DNA from: the human T2T-CHM13v2.0 reference genome, Homo sapiens
DNA: 64,000 nucleotides
Reading direction: 5' to 3' (one strand)
Assembly: GCF_009914755.1 (NCBI RefSeq)
Contig: NC_060944.1
Numbering within the stretch: position 1 is the first letter of the stretch; each line of letters begins with the position of its first letter. The position numbers and the translations under genes were made by a program. The notes below the pieces were generated by a model that was not told where the DNA came from, did not search any database, and saw nothing but the letters and a program-made list of their open reading frames with translations. Of this stretch, positions 1-15,029 are shown piece after piece.

Positions 1-149
1 AAACAAAGCCTAATAATTCATTGCTTAACAGAAGTTAAATGAAAAACTGCAGTTTGCATCAACTTCCTGGTTTTTCGCAAAATCATCCCGCATATTCTTT
101 TTAGCTTTGTGTGGAACTGGGGCTTATCACACTTTAATGTGGATATGAG

Positions 150-247
150 TCACCTGGAGTTGGTGTTAAAATGTAGATTCTGCACGTCCAACAAGCATCC
201 AGATGATGCAGATGCTGCTGGTCTGTGGGCACCTTTGAGGAGCAAGG
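150..247. mobile_element. MER5A/B-like hAT-Charlie MITE fragment
   Basis: cacctggagttggtgttaaaatgtagattc...gatgctgctggtctgtgggcacctttgaggagcaagg motifs. Confidence 0.55.
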
Positions 248-251
248 TTTC

Positions 252-767
252 TGTGTTGGTTAATTTTATACGTCAACCTGACTCGGCTAAGGGTTGCTCG
301 ATAGTTGGTAAAACATTATTTCTGGCTGTGTCTGTAAGGATGTTTCTAGAAGAGATTAGCATTTGAATTGGTAGACAGAGTAGAAAACAGTGTCTTCACC
401 AGTGCAGGTGGGTATCATCAGCAGTTCATTGAGGGGGTGAATAGAAGACAAGTGCAGAAATGGTGAATTCTTCTCTTTCTGCTTGAGCTTAGACATCCAT
501 CATCTCCTGCTCTGCCCTTGGACATCGGTGCTCCTGGTTCTTGGGCTTTTTGACTCAGGCTGGGATCCCATCAATCCTCCTGACCTCCTATCTCAGGCCT
601 TTGGACTCTTATTGAATTACACCACCAACTTTCCCGGCTCTCCAACAGATTGTGGGACTTCTTGGCCTCCCTAACTGCATGAGCCAATTCTTAGAATAAA
701 TCTCAGTTTATATATATCTCTCTATATCCTACTGGTTCTGTTTCTCTAGAGAACCCTGACTAATACA
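252..767 (+). mobile_element. MLT2B-type (ERVL) solo LTR
   Basis: Starts tgtgttggttaattttatacgtcaac and ends gaaccctgactaataca; degenerate 5-bp TSD gtttc/gtctc. Confidence 0.88.
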
Positions 768-2206
768 GTCTCAGACAACTGGCTTCAGGATTCATCTTGC
801 CTAACTGTGGGGGCAAAACCATGCCTGGGGAGGGGTGGACTGCTTTGAAAAACAAAGAGGTTTTGGAGATAAAGTTAGCCTGAAAATTTTTCTGATTCAG
901 ACAACCTTGCATCAGAAAAATTTTGATGAGCCTTGCTTAGGAGTGCAAAAAGCAGACGTTACAGTTTTAAGCAGAAAGGGCTCTTGATGTTAAGTAAAGG
1001 ACTGGTAGAGATTACAGAAGAATTTCAGGTACTGTAGTAATTACAGAGGCAGAACTCTTTTCTCCTTAGCAACAGTCTATGTGTGGGGAGCAGAAGCTTG
1101 TTATAGCAGAGGTCACTACAGAGAAATCTGTGTGTGCAGGCAGAGTCAAAAGCAATTGAAACAAGTTTGCACTAATGACTTTGGGGACCAGAGTGCCCTG
1201 ACAATGGAATAGGAGGGCCATATTATCAGGGGTGACCTCTAATTTGCAATTAAAATGACTTCTGGGCATGTAAATGGACAACTGGGTGGGAGGATTGTGT
1301 AATGTGGGTGGCACTCAGTGAATTTCTTTATCTTAGACTTTGATGAAGGAAAGTTATTCCCCTGCTCCTTGCAAGCTCGATAGTGACAGATGGTTGTTGC
1401 TTCCTTGCTGGTTTCTGTTCCTAGAGGAATAAAGTAGGAATTGGTGTTCAGAATTCAGGCTATGGAAAGATACTGATGTTTGGGTGGACAATTTAGGTAT
1501 AAGAGGACATTGGCTGCTGTTACTCAACCAAGGCAAAGAAGGGTTGTGGAAAGTCATGAAGATTAGGGGTAGCCAAAACTACTCATGTGATCCTTGAGCA
1601 GGTTATTAACCTCTTCTAGCATCAGGTTAGTCTGCTTTCATGAGGGTAATAAGGCCTATCTTTGGTGGGTTGGAGATTTTATTTATGAGGGGCCTAGCAG
1701 AATATTTAGTACAAAGGTTCTCAGTAAGCGGAGGTGTTATTTTAGAAATTTATCTTGAGGTATAGCTCATGATTAGATTTCAAGATGAGAGCTAGAGTTC
1801 TGAATTGAATTTAAACTTGAATTTCATCAATACAGTATAGCGACAAAGCCCAGAGGGAATATAAGAGATGTAGGCAATGTAAAATGCAAGAAAGCAAGAT
1901 GCTCAGTGTAGTAAGAAAACTGGTAGATTAATATTTTCCACAAATGTGACAAAATACAAATTTATTTACAGAGCTCTTGGCACATTAATGGGTGAAATGC
2001 CTGGGGCTGTAATGATTAGAGGAGAGTTAAATTCTTGTAATAACCAGAACTTAGAGAATTATTAGATGCCTCCAGGTAAACGACCATGTGGGCCTCTCCA
2101 GTTGTCTTTCTTCTGATCACCTGGTTGTAACAGAGAGATTTTATTATTGTCAACCCATAACTCACTGCCTACCCATTAAGCAATTCCACAGATTCTTTCC
2201 TAGGAC

Positions 2207-2520
2207 CTGTGCTGTCCAATATGGGCACCACTTGCTGCAATATGGCTATTTTGCACTCACCACGTAGCCAGTTCAAGTTGAGATGTGTCTGCAAGTATAA
2301 AATACACATCAGATTTCAAAGACTTAGTATGAAAAAATAATGTAAAATATCTCATTAATTTTTGTGTAATATATGGAATACATGTTGAAATAATATTTAG
2401 AATATAGCGGATTAATGAAAGATATTAATATTAAAAATTGGTTTTACCTTGTCGAATGTGGCAACTAAAAAATTTAAGTTATGCATATAGTTCACATTTT
2501 ATTTTTATTGAATATTGCTG
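2207..2520 (-). mobile_element. MER33 (hAT-Charlie)
   Basis: ctgtgctgtccaatatgg...gagatgtg...aaatacacatcagatttcaaagacttagtatg...tattgaatattgctg. Confidence 0.8.
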
Positions 2521-2571
2521 CCTAGACCACCCTGGGACCTGTATAGGAATTTTCTGGAGAGGCTTAAATCA

Positions 2572-2976
<405 letters not shown>

Positions 2977-5179
2977 TCAACAAAAGGACTCTGCATGAGC
3001 AAGTTAACTGAATTCCTGTGGTAAACATGTTAGGTCCCTCTAGGTGTAGTCTCAGAGATATAACTAAGGTTTTTATATCATTTATACTTAGCTTTTTCTT
3101 AACTTTGTTTTAAGTCAGTATTTGCCAACTATTATCTAGAAAGCAATGTTTTTTCTCAAAGGTGTCTGTCACTAGAACACATTCCCCCCCTCTCAAAACA
3201 AATACAGTAGAAGAACACTGAAACAAAAGAAAAATCACATAGTGTACTTTTGGTCAACATTTATCTTGCTGTAAAAATAGAAGAAAGAGAAGAAGGTAGG
3301 TTGGCATCTATTAAATGGTATTACAATTACTGGTTCTGTTTCTTTGTGGAATATGGGGAATCAACAAAGTAAATTTATTCTTTCTGATCCTAAGTTGTCA
3401 GGGAGTTATTGAAAGGGAATTGCAGTCCTATTTCTGCAGCAGAACTAATGTGAAAGGAGAATGGTAAATTAAATAAGGTCAAAATGATTTAGCTAGCTGC
3501 TTCAGTCTCCTGAATGATCACATGTAAGATGCAAATAAATGTAGGGCTTTGTGCTATTAAATAGAGTTATGGTTTTTATCTTGGAATGGATACTGTGATG
3601 TGGCTGAGTAGTCATATTAATAGGATATTTTTGGTCACTCACTTGTCCTTAGATTATCTCAGTTCCAGAGATGGGAATGATTAAGATTGTACCCTACTCA
3701 TGAGGAATAGAGGAGACAGTGTGTCAAATTGGAATAGAAGAATGAGCAATGAATTCTTTCACCAGCATATCACTGTGTTCCCAAATTTTGATTTACCATT
3801 GTATTCTCTTTTTTAAAGGCCACCTATGAAAATAGTAGAGGGCTATTTTGACTCTCATTTAATCTTTGCTGTATCTTCAAAGTTGAGAGGGATATCACAT
3901 GGCTTGTGATTTCATAGGAGAGGTTTAGGATTTCAGAAGTGCTTGGATAAGGTTGGTCTATACTCTTAACATGGTGTGAGGAGCAGGAAGATAATATTGC
4001 CAATGGGGACTCTATTAGTAAGTGTTAATAAATGTTGAAGTACTTTTAAAAGAAATTCCAAAATAGTCTCTAGTCTTTTTTGTGTGTCATTTCTTTTGGA
4101 ACTATAGGATTCAAAGCTCTGGATTGTAACACTAAATCACCTTGACAAGTCCCTAGAATCATAACTAGGGAAGTACATTGGGTTTGCCTTGGGAAAGAAG
4201 GATATAAAAATGGAGGTGTGTTTTTCTTCCTACCCTCCCCATCCCAACAGTGGTGGAAAGTTTCATTTATTCATTCAATAAGCATTTATTAAACAGTGTA
4301 GAAACCCCATGTTAGATAACTTTGAGAATAAACCTAAAGGACGGTACGTTGAGTATTTGATTCCAAGTTGGCTTTTTCAATGTTCCCATCACTGATGGAA
4401 TCCTGAGAACCCTGTTAGCCTAGCACTGACTGTTTCTTTCACTCTTGGATCTCAGATGGTGGGGACACTGAAATCTAGGGGAAGGTTGTCCGGTACCACT
4501 TACAATTCCAGTTTCTCTGGTTCTTCGAAATTGTCCTGAATTTCTTTAAAATCATTATTCTTAGTCTTGAAACACTAGGTTATATTCATAACAAATGGTT
4601 TTGATCTTAACAGCATCCTTAATTTTCTGAGAGAAATGAACAAAAATTGGTATTCTAAATGCCAGGTCTCCCAGATTTTTATTATTTCAGACAATTGTTG
4701 CAGCATGCGAAATTTTTAAAATTACAATTTACTTATTTTGAGTCTTATCTCTTCCTGCATGTTGTTCATGCTCTCCACTGCATTAATCTTCATCTATTTA
4801 CATTTCAGTCAACCTGTTTATCTGTTGTTAATCCATCTTCTGGCTGATTCCTGTCAATCTCAGCCTACAATAGCTCACTGGGAATATATTACATAAAAGT
4901 CATCAAGGGCAGGAGAGAGAGAATGGTATTCTGATTTTGATCTTTACTCAGAATTCTCAATGACTTTCCCTCTGTGATAGCAGCAGATGTTCCCAAAGTT
5001 AGTTATTGAAAATGACAGTCTCAGTTTCCCGTTTTTCACTCTTGACTCTCAAAAATGGATACCAGCTACTTAGTATGTCACTGTGTTTTAGCTTCTTAAA
5101 GATTCATGTTAAAACTATTCATTGTTTTTCAGACTAAGTGATTGTAGTTTCTTTAACTTTTTCAATGCTGGGTTTGAAA

Positions 5180-5822
5180 TCATTTCCCTTTCTTACACGT
5201 CTGAATGCAATCCATCAACCAATGCTGTTGTCTCTGTTTTCAAAATCTGTACTGAATCCAACAGCATTTCCCAATGTTAACTGTTACCGCCTTTGACCAC
5301 GCCACTGTCATCACTCATTCAGACTCTTGCAGTAGCCTGTTAGCTGGTTTCGGTGCTTTGTTCTTGCCCTGCCGTAGTCAGTTCTCCAAAAGACAAAGTG
5401 TTCCTTTAAAACTTAGGTCAGACCAGGCAACTACTGCTCAGAATGTTCTGATTGCTTCCCATTTAATTGAAAATCAGATCCAATCATTGTCTTTTTCTGT
5501 GATCTGACTCCCTTTTACCTTTCTGATTTCATCCCTTCTGGTGTCCTCCTCCTTCACTTGCTGTTTTCCAGCTACGTTGGTCTCTTCACCCTTGCAGAAT
5601 ACAGCATTCCCCTCAAGGCCTTTGCATCTGCTGGTCCCACTCCCTGGATTCCTCTTCCTCTCAGTCTTCTTGAGGCTGACTCACTCACTTCTCTCAGGTC
5701 TTTGCTCATAAGTCACTTCATGAGTGACACCCTTGCCAAGGCCAGTTATCTCAAGTGGTAACCACTACCCCTCCCCTCCCCCCAGCTTGCTAGGAATGCA
5801 ATAAATATTTGTTGAATGAGTA
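5180..5822 (+). mobile_element. L2 3' region
   Basis: Pyrimidine-rich L2 motifs ending aataaatatttgttgaatgag. Confidence 0.75.
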
Positions 5823-6574
5823 AAATAACTATTTTTCATGGAAAGACATTTAATTTCCTGTTCCATCTATGGGAATAGATAAGGAATGCATAAAATGATC
5901 CTCAGCAGCAGAAGGCAGGTAAACATGACAACAAAGTGGGAAGAAATCAGACATGGTAAAAATTCCATATCATATATTTAGTTTTCTTAAAGTACAAACA
6001 GTAACAGAATAAAAAGTGAATAAGTTGTTTAAAAATGGAAATCTTCCTTGGAACAGCTAATATTTATAATCAGATCATTATTATGCAATTATGTAATGTT
6101 ACTGGTATAATTTTGTGTTTTCTAAATATTAAATGCTCCTCCCTTTGCAATTAAATTTAAACTATCAATATGCTTGACAAACTGCCTTTTATAATAAAAT
6201 GTACCTGTGTGTATAGTACTGTATATATATAATTGCATATGCATGTGTTTGCATTATCAATAATGTAGGATTTTTATACTCATAAAAGTTATGATGTATT
6301 AGAATTATTTCCTATTGCTAAATGGGAATCTATTGTGATTATTATTATTGGTGTAATATTAATATTGGTAGGTATTAGGCACATATATGCAACCTTGTAG
6401 AGGGAATATTTCTTCTGGAATCAGATCTTCTGCATGTTATAACTGTGTAAATTTACTTAACTGTCTGGGCTTCTTGCCTTGTTTTTAAAAAGGACATAAT
6501 AATACATTACTTATTTAAAGGTAGAAAGGTAGAAATACATGGTACTCTAACATTTGACAGATTGCAAAGAGTCA

Positions 6575-7305
6575 TCATTTTAAAAATCACAATGAGATAT
6601 TATCACACACCTATGAGCATGGCTAAAATAAGAAGAAAAAAAACTAGATGGTACCAAGTGGGTGAAAATGCAGAGTATCTGGGATTCCCATGCATTGTTG
6701 GGAATGCAAAATGGTGCCACCACTTTGAAAGACAGTTGGACAGTTTCTTACAGTGTTAAACATATAATACATATAACCCAGCCATGCCACTTGTGGGTAT
6801 TTACCTAAGTGATGGAAACTTATGCATAAACCAAAATCTGTACACTAGTGTTTATGGTAGCTTCATGTAGAGTCATCAGAAACTGGAGACAATCCAGGTA
6901 TCTCTCAACTAGAGAATGAAAAAATAATATCTGGCATATCCATACAATAAAATACTACTCAGCAGTAAAAAGGAACAAATTAGTGATGCATGCACCAACA
7001 CAGATGAATCCCAAAATACATTACGCTTCCTGAAAGAAGCTGGAGTCAGACTTGGAAGGCTACATACTATATGATTCCATGCAGTAAAGGCAACATTGTA
7101 GGAAAAGAATACAGATCAGTGGTTGTGTGGGAGTGGGAAGAGAGACTGACTGTCAAAGGGGCAGCCTGAGGGAGTTTTGAAGTAATAGAATTGTTTTATG
7201 TCTTGATTGTGTGGTGGTTACATGGCTGTATGCATTTGCCAAACTCACAGCATTGCACATGAGAGAGTCTATTTTATTGCATGTGAATTAAAAATAAAAA
7301 TAAAT
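6575..7305 (+). mobile_element. Old L1 (L1MD/ME) 3' end
   Basis: acaatgagatattatcacacacct...ccactttgaaagacagttgg...aatactactcagcagtaaaaaggaacaa, then A-rich end. Confidence 0.8.
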
Positions 7306-7955
7306 AATTATCTTGATTTTTAAAACCAGTTATACCTCTGATGCCAGGCATTGATGAATCCTAAATGTCCTAGGTGGGTGATCACATCTGCTCTTAGTTC
7401 CCCATTTTATTTTACTTTAGTTGCCGTGGTTTCCTGGTGTGGCTTTGTCCTGCTTCAGTTATTATTCATGGCATGATGGACTTTGGCTCTGATGTCAGAG
7501 GTAGCAATGGTGGAAAGCTTTCCCACATTCTCCCAGAAGCAGTTTCATATCCTTAGAGGGACCTTGCCAGCTGACTGGTCTAGCTCAGTGGTAGTGGTGC
7601 TGACAAAGGCTGGGATCTTGTCCTGCAACTTCGAATTTGTAGATATATCAGCTGCTTTAGTTCCTTTATAAAAACCAAATAGAAATGAATAGGAAACAGA
7701 ATCAGAGCAGGCTGTTTTTCAAAGAAATTACTCCAGGCTATGCATCTGGGGCCCTTGTTTTCAATATGGTACCTGTCTCAGGGCTCTGACATCAGCAGCT
7801 GTGTTCTGGGTCATGAAAAGTTTGCAGACTCCAGCTCCATCAAAAAAACAAAAACAAAAACCAGGTAACTGCTGTATCGCACTGTGTTGTGCCCCAGTGG
7901 GCCAGCATATGAGGTAATGTCTCATGGAACAGATGGTTGACCAGTTGTCTTTGGT

Positions 7956-7994
<39 letters not shown>

Positions 7995-7995
7995 T
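7956..7995. repeat. (A)n(TA)n microsatellite
   Basis: Directly visible. Confidence 0.95.
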
Positions 7996-9274
7996 GACAA
8001 ATATAAATACTAATCTAAACATATAATTTATAACTAGAGAACTTTAGGCATTTGGGGGTTCTTGTAAGCTGTACTTACTCTTCTTCTGTTCTCACTTACT
8101 GGCTAGTAGATACATTTTATGTTTGTTGAGAATGTGACTAATGTAAAGGTCCTTGAGGTCATGAATCTCTTGTAAAACCAGCCTGTTTCCAGTTTTCTAG
8201 ACTATTTTGGATCCTCTGTTTTAGGTATATCACCCTGCTTCTATACAGCTGTCTTAAGAGTGCTATAAACCTAGATTGAACAGGAAACCAGCTTCCTACC
8301 AGCAGGTTAGAAGTGACTTACAATAAACTAAAATGAGATATTTTTCTCTCTGGCATTATTCTGGAGCAACAGCTCTTGAGTTTCCTATGCTACTATTCTT
8401 AGTTTAATTTGCACAGATCATTTTCTCTATATGCATAGTTATGTCAGTGCAGAAATAAAGGAGTGGGAGAGGAATGTAATTGAGTACTCACTCCAGGTTT
8501 CAGGAATGTGATAGGCACTTTTCGTGTATTATTCCATTTAACTTCACAACAATGAGTTAGGTAGATAATTTTGCTGCTTTACAAACAAGGAAACTAGGTC
8601 CAGGAGAGGTTAATTTACTTATATTCTCAAAGATAGGTTTCTCTCACTCCCAAAACCACTCTATATTCCGAAGGCTCCATTTGGGAATAGTGTTTTTTTT
8701 TTTTTTTTTTTTTTTTTTCCCATTTCTTTGTCACTTGCAATGGGGGATGGAGATTGCACTGGTCTTTTGAGATTGAGACCTGGAGCTTCTTCTTAGACCT
8801 GGTCTGAGAACCATGTCTGTTCCCTGTTTTACTTTTCAGAGTCCCAAGAGATTTGGCCTAATTTTATGTATTTCTTAAAATCTGCCATTACACACGTTTG
8901 ATCACTTGGTTCTTTCTCCCCCATGACTGCCTTTAGAGGAAAATTGAGTCCCACAGTTGCGTGGCTCTGAACAGGAAACCCATAAGGCTTTCTTATTTTA
9001 ATAATTCTACTTCTAATCACCACAGGGAAATAGGAAAGCAAAGAGAAGAAAAAAAAACAAATTAAAAAGATTCAAAATAGTTAAAATCTTAGTCGTTGAG
9101 TCGTTGAGCCCAGTTTACATAGTTTCTGAAACTTAGTTCTTATTTCTTAAAAGATACTAAAAGTCTTTTTTTTTTCATAGAGATTACTTTTATTTATCAT
9201 TGGAACTGTAGTTCAAAGCAGATTCAAGTTGGTACCACTTGTGAAATTTTCCAGTCACTATCCAAGCTCTAAGA

Positions 9275-9581
<307 letters not shown>

Positions 9582-9919
9582 TAAGACTTTCATTATGAAC
9601 CAGTGACGTAAGAAATGTCTAAGAAGTAAAGCTATATGTCATGTTAAAGAGACTGCCACTGGATGGGACTGGGGAATGTATATTAGGCTTAAAGAACTTT
9701 TGCCGCCCCGTAATGAAAGCCAGAGCCACGTGTGATCATTGAACATTTGAAATGGGGGTAATTTGAATTGAGATGTGTTGTAGCAGACTATACGTTGGAT
9801 TCCAAAGACTCAGAATGAAAAAAAAAACCCGAATTTAAAATTTCTGAATAATTTTTATATTGATTACATGTACATTGATTATATTTTAAAATTCTATGTA
9901 TACTGAGTTAAATAAAATA

Positions 9920-10342
9920 CAGACAGTTCTTGACTTATGATGGTTCTGCTTACAATTTTTTCTCTTAACAATGGTGCAAAAATGGTAACACATCCTTTAG
10001 AAATCATACTTCAAATTTTTATATTTTTGCAGGCTAGCATATGTAATGAGTTTCTCTTGCAATGCTGGGCAGTGGCAGTGAGCCACAGCTCCAAGTCAGC
10101 TGTGTGACTGCGAGGGTAAACAACCGTGAGATATTCAACGCTTAACTATAAAATAGGCTTTGTGTTAGATGATTTTGCTCCACTGTAGGCCAATGTAAGC
10201 ATTCGGAGCACATTTAAGGTAGGCTGGGCTAAGCTATGGTGTTTGGCATGTTAGGTATGTTAAATGTATTTTTGACTTACCGTATTTTCAACTTAGGATG
10301 GATTTTTCAGGATGTAACCTTATTCTAAATCTAGAGCATCTG
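9920..10342 (-). mobile_element. MER47B/Tigger5-derived MITE
   Basis: TA|cagacagttcttgacttatgatgg ... gagcatctg|TA with a TA TSD; internal ttaaggtaggctgggctaagctatg. Confidence 0.8.
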
Positions 10343-10366
10343 TATATTATTAAAATTAAATTTACC

Positions 10367-10890
10367 TTTTTAACTTTTAATTTTGAGGTAATTACAGAGT
10401 CATATGCAGTTGTAAAATATAATACAGAGAAATCTCATATATCCTTTACCCAGTTTTCCCCACTGGTAATATTTTACAAAACAGCAGTACAGTGGCAGAA
10501 CCATGCAACTGACGTTGATGTAATCCACTGACCTTATTAAGATTTTACCAGTTTTACATGCACTCATTTGTGTGTGTGTGTTTTTAGTTCTATGCAATTT
10601 AATCACCTTTGTAAATTCATTATGACACGACCACAGTCAGAAATGGAATTCCATCCCAAGGATCTCTGTGCCACAGCCATCTCCCTTCCTTCTCTCCTCT
10701 CTAACCCCTGGGAACCATTAATCTGTTCTTTACCTATATAATTTTGTCATTTCAAGAGTGTTATAGAAATGGAATCACATAGTATGTAACTTTTGAAATG
10801 AGGTTTTGTCACTCAGCAAAATTCCCTTGAGATGCATTCAAGTTGTGTTATCAATAGTTATTTCCTTTCTATTGTTGAGTAGTATTTCGT
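10367..10890 (-). mobile_element. L1MC-type 3' fragment
   Basis: ttttgaggtaattacagagtcatatgcagttgtaaaatataatacagaga...aatggaatcacatagtatgtaac. Confidence 0.8.
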
Positions 10891-11289
10891 GTTTCTTTTA
10901 ACCTTTGTAATGATGCCACTAGAAAGCTGAAAATTACATATGTAATTTGCATTTCTGGCTTTCATTGTGTTTCTATTGGACAGCATTGGTTTAAGGGAAT
11001 GTTTGTTAGAAGTAATTAAAAAGCATATTTCTGTTAAGATTTTCATGGAACTTTAGGTATTCCTGTGTTAAATGGTGTATTTTGTTCTGCTAACTTTAAA
11101 TCAGGTTATTTGGAAATAAGCAAGGGAGCAGTGGCTTTAAAAAAATCATTTCAAGAGAGTAAAATTATCTGTGTCCCTCCCACATCCCTCCTCCTGCCTT
11201 TTTTTTCTTTTTTCTTTTTTTTTTTTTTTTTTTTTTGGTCAGTTTTTCAGTAAGAAACCCTTTGTATTTCTATCCACAAAAGAAACTTT

Positions 11290-11700
11290 TCATCAGGTTA
11301 GGCAGCAGAGGGGCATCTTGCAACCACTCCCATGGCATTCAGCACACTGGTTTGAGACTAATTAAATGGCTCATATTTATCTGATATTTTCCCTCTTGGG
11401 AGCTCCAGAAACTTTTTTCTTTTTCAACTGAAGCTTCAAAAAGAAACCAGCTCAGTTAGCTTATGAAGGAGGGAAGAAACAGGACACAGGGACACTTCAG
11501 AGCAGATTAGAACTGAGGTAAAGGAGACTACCATTTTCAATTAAAATTGCCTGGGGAAATTAGGTAGGCAGAGAATAATTACCTGGGTTGGCACACATCC
11601 AAGTTTCTGAAACTAAGACCCTGCTTGGATGTTCTGAGGGATCATTGACAAACACAAGTAGCCAAGGACCTTGAAGTTTATGTGTCATCTCAAATGTATT
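11290..11700. mobile_element. Very ancient amniote L2-clade LINE remnant (AmnL2-1-like)
   Basis: ggggaaattaggtaggcagagaataattacctgggttgg and gggatcattgacaaacacaagtagccaaggaccttgaagtttatgtgtcatctcaaa resemble the recalled consensus. Confidence 0.45.
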
Positions 11701-11788
11701 CAAGAGTTCTGGATACAATGGATGGCTATTTTAAGTCAAATTATATAGCATGAGATGTTCTAACAAAACCCTATAAAAACCAATACCC

Positions 11789-12091
<303 letters not shown>

Positions 12092-13099
12092 TTAAAGGAG
12101 GTTTCTGTGACAAAATAAATATACATTTCTGTGACCTCAGCCATGTAACCAACAGGACACTGGGGCTGAGATTGAACTGTAGGAGAACATGAAGAGGACT
12201 GATTAAAGTATAGTTTTAGTCTCTTACCTCCTTAGGCAAGGGGCCCTAGTACATTAACAGTCCTTGGTTAGCATCTTACAAGTACCAAGAAACATCACTG
12301 AGTAAATGTCCTAACACAAGGACTTGTCCAACCTAGTCGTGCAAATGAGTCATTGAAAGCAAATCTGCCTTGAATGCAAATGTCAAGATTTAGTATTGTA
12401 CTCCCCACCCCAGCTCTACCTCCAGTGACCTATTACTATTATACAACTGCTAAGCATGGTTTCTCAGGGTCTGTGCTGCCTGTGGCTGGTGGCACGTGGT
12501 GCCGTGCTGCCATTGCTATGGGGGGATAGAATCGATGGAAAAGGTTTTCGGTTATTGAACTATAGATTTTTTCTTTCTCATTACCTAGAGGAGGGCCCAC
12601 CATCTGCTCCACAATAGGAAAGGGATCCAATCATGTTTCTTACTTGCTTCTAGTGTTAGCTTTTGCTGTGTTTTCATTGTTTCATAATCTCTCAATTTCA
12701 AAATGGTGCATAGTGGAAGAGGGTTTAGAAGGAAGAAAAGAGAGAAAAAGGAATCAATTATATTTTTTTCTCTTTCCTCTTTCAAAATAAAACACAGGGG
12801 TAGAGGAATACTTGTATTATTTTCTTTTTTAAAGAGATTTTCATAGACTTGCTGAACAAGGCAGCTGCTGGTATATAGGGTATTTTAACGCAAATTACAG
12901 AAATGTACCCCTTTCCAGGGCTGCAGGCCTCATTCACCTCTTGGTCATGGACATGAGCCGTATCTGTCTGAGTGCAATGCATGTGTGCTTGGCCACCATC
13001 TTGTGCTGTATAATAGATGCAGAAATAGCCCCTATTTTATACTGTGGAAGCACAGATGGATGCACAGACAGTTGCCTTAAGAGGAAGGGTCCCAGGGCC

Positions 13100-13305
13100 A
13101 GTGCATCAGGGGTGAATTCATGCTCCTTTGCTTACCTGTCATATGACTCTGGATAAGTGAGATGACTACTCTGTGCCTCAGTCTGCTCATCTATAAACCA
13201 TTTCTGTCTCATAGAGTTTGATGAGATATAATGAGTTAATATACATAAAACACTGAGAGTGGTACCTGGACATAGTAATTTCTCATTGATTGGTAGTTAT
13301 TACTA
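13100..13305 (+). mobile_element. MIR
   Basis: ctctgtgcctcagtctgctcatctataaa core; gagttaatatacataaaacactgagagtggtacctggacatagtaa. Confidence 0.7.
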
Positions 13306-13452
13306 TTTGCTTCTGACAGTTTTGCTGTCTAACCAAACATGTTTCTGAAGGGAGATTTCTTGAGGATTCTCATTTTTTTAAGTCTTATCTAATAAGCCAT
13401 GTACTAGTGGATATATTAAGCAGGATTTTAATTATATTTAAACTTTTACTTT

Positions 13453-13754
13453 TTTTTTTTTCTTTTTTTCTGAGACAGGGTCTTGCTCTGTTGCCTAGGC
13501 TGGGGTGCAGTGGTACGATCACAGCTCACTGCAGCCTTGACTTCCTCGGTTCAAGTAATCTTCCCACCTCAGCTTCCTAAGTAGCTGGGACTACAGGCAT
13601 GTGCCACCATTTCTGGCTAATTTTCTGTATTTTGTGTAGAGATGGAGTCTCACTATGTTGACGAGGCTGATCTCAAACTTCTGGGCCTAAGCAGTCCTCC
13701 CATCTTGGCATTCCAAAGTGTTGGGATTACAGGCGTGAGCCACCACACTTGACC
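13453..13754 (-). mobile_element. AluJ
   Basis: gatcacagctcactgcagcc J-type diagnostics; flanking cttttacttt TSD. Confidence 0.92.
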
Positions 13755-14262
13755 TGCTTTTACTTTAAATATTAGTGTGGTTATGTATATGCTGCCTCTG
13801 TGTAACTTCCCAATAATCAAGTCAGTTGAATGAAAGAGCAGTTTAAATTGGTTAACACCATGTACAAAATATAACCTAATTTAATTAAAACATTTTGGCC
13901 CATGTTATTAATTGGATACCCTGTCCTAACAAAGCAAAACAAAGGAAACCCAAATTTTTGGTCCTTCTAGGTACTGAGTGTGTGTTTGCTGCTGCTTTTA
14001 AAGAATGTCACTTTTCTAGACATCTAGTTTCATAAGATTTAGTTTAAGGTCAAGAGGAGAAACATCTCTTATAGATTTAGAACTTGGTAGAGTACAGATA
14101 TTCTTTGCAGTAGATGTGGAAGTCCAAGAACATTTGGGAGAATTGTTAAAAATGTACTGACTGGTTTTATTTAGCCTCTTTGCTGGTCAGTTAGCTTTTC
14201 TTGTGACATAGCTGCAGAGTCAAGCCTGAGTTACATAGATGACAAATGCATGCTAAGTTAGG

Positions 14263-15029
<767 letters not shown>

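Larger units (their letters stand above)
9721..10988 (-). mobile_element. MER33 split into three pieces (9721-9919, 10343-10366, ~10891-10988)
   Basis: The pieces join collinearly and align with the intact MER33 at 2207-2520; ends tttctattggacagcattg. Confidence 0.72.
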
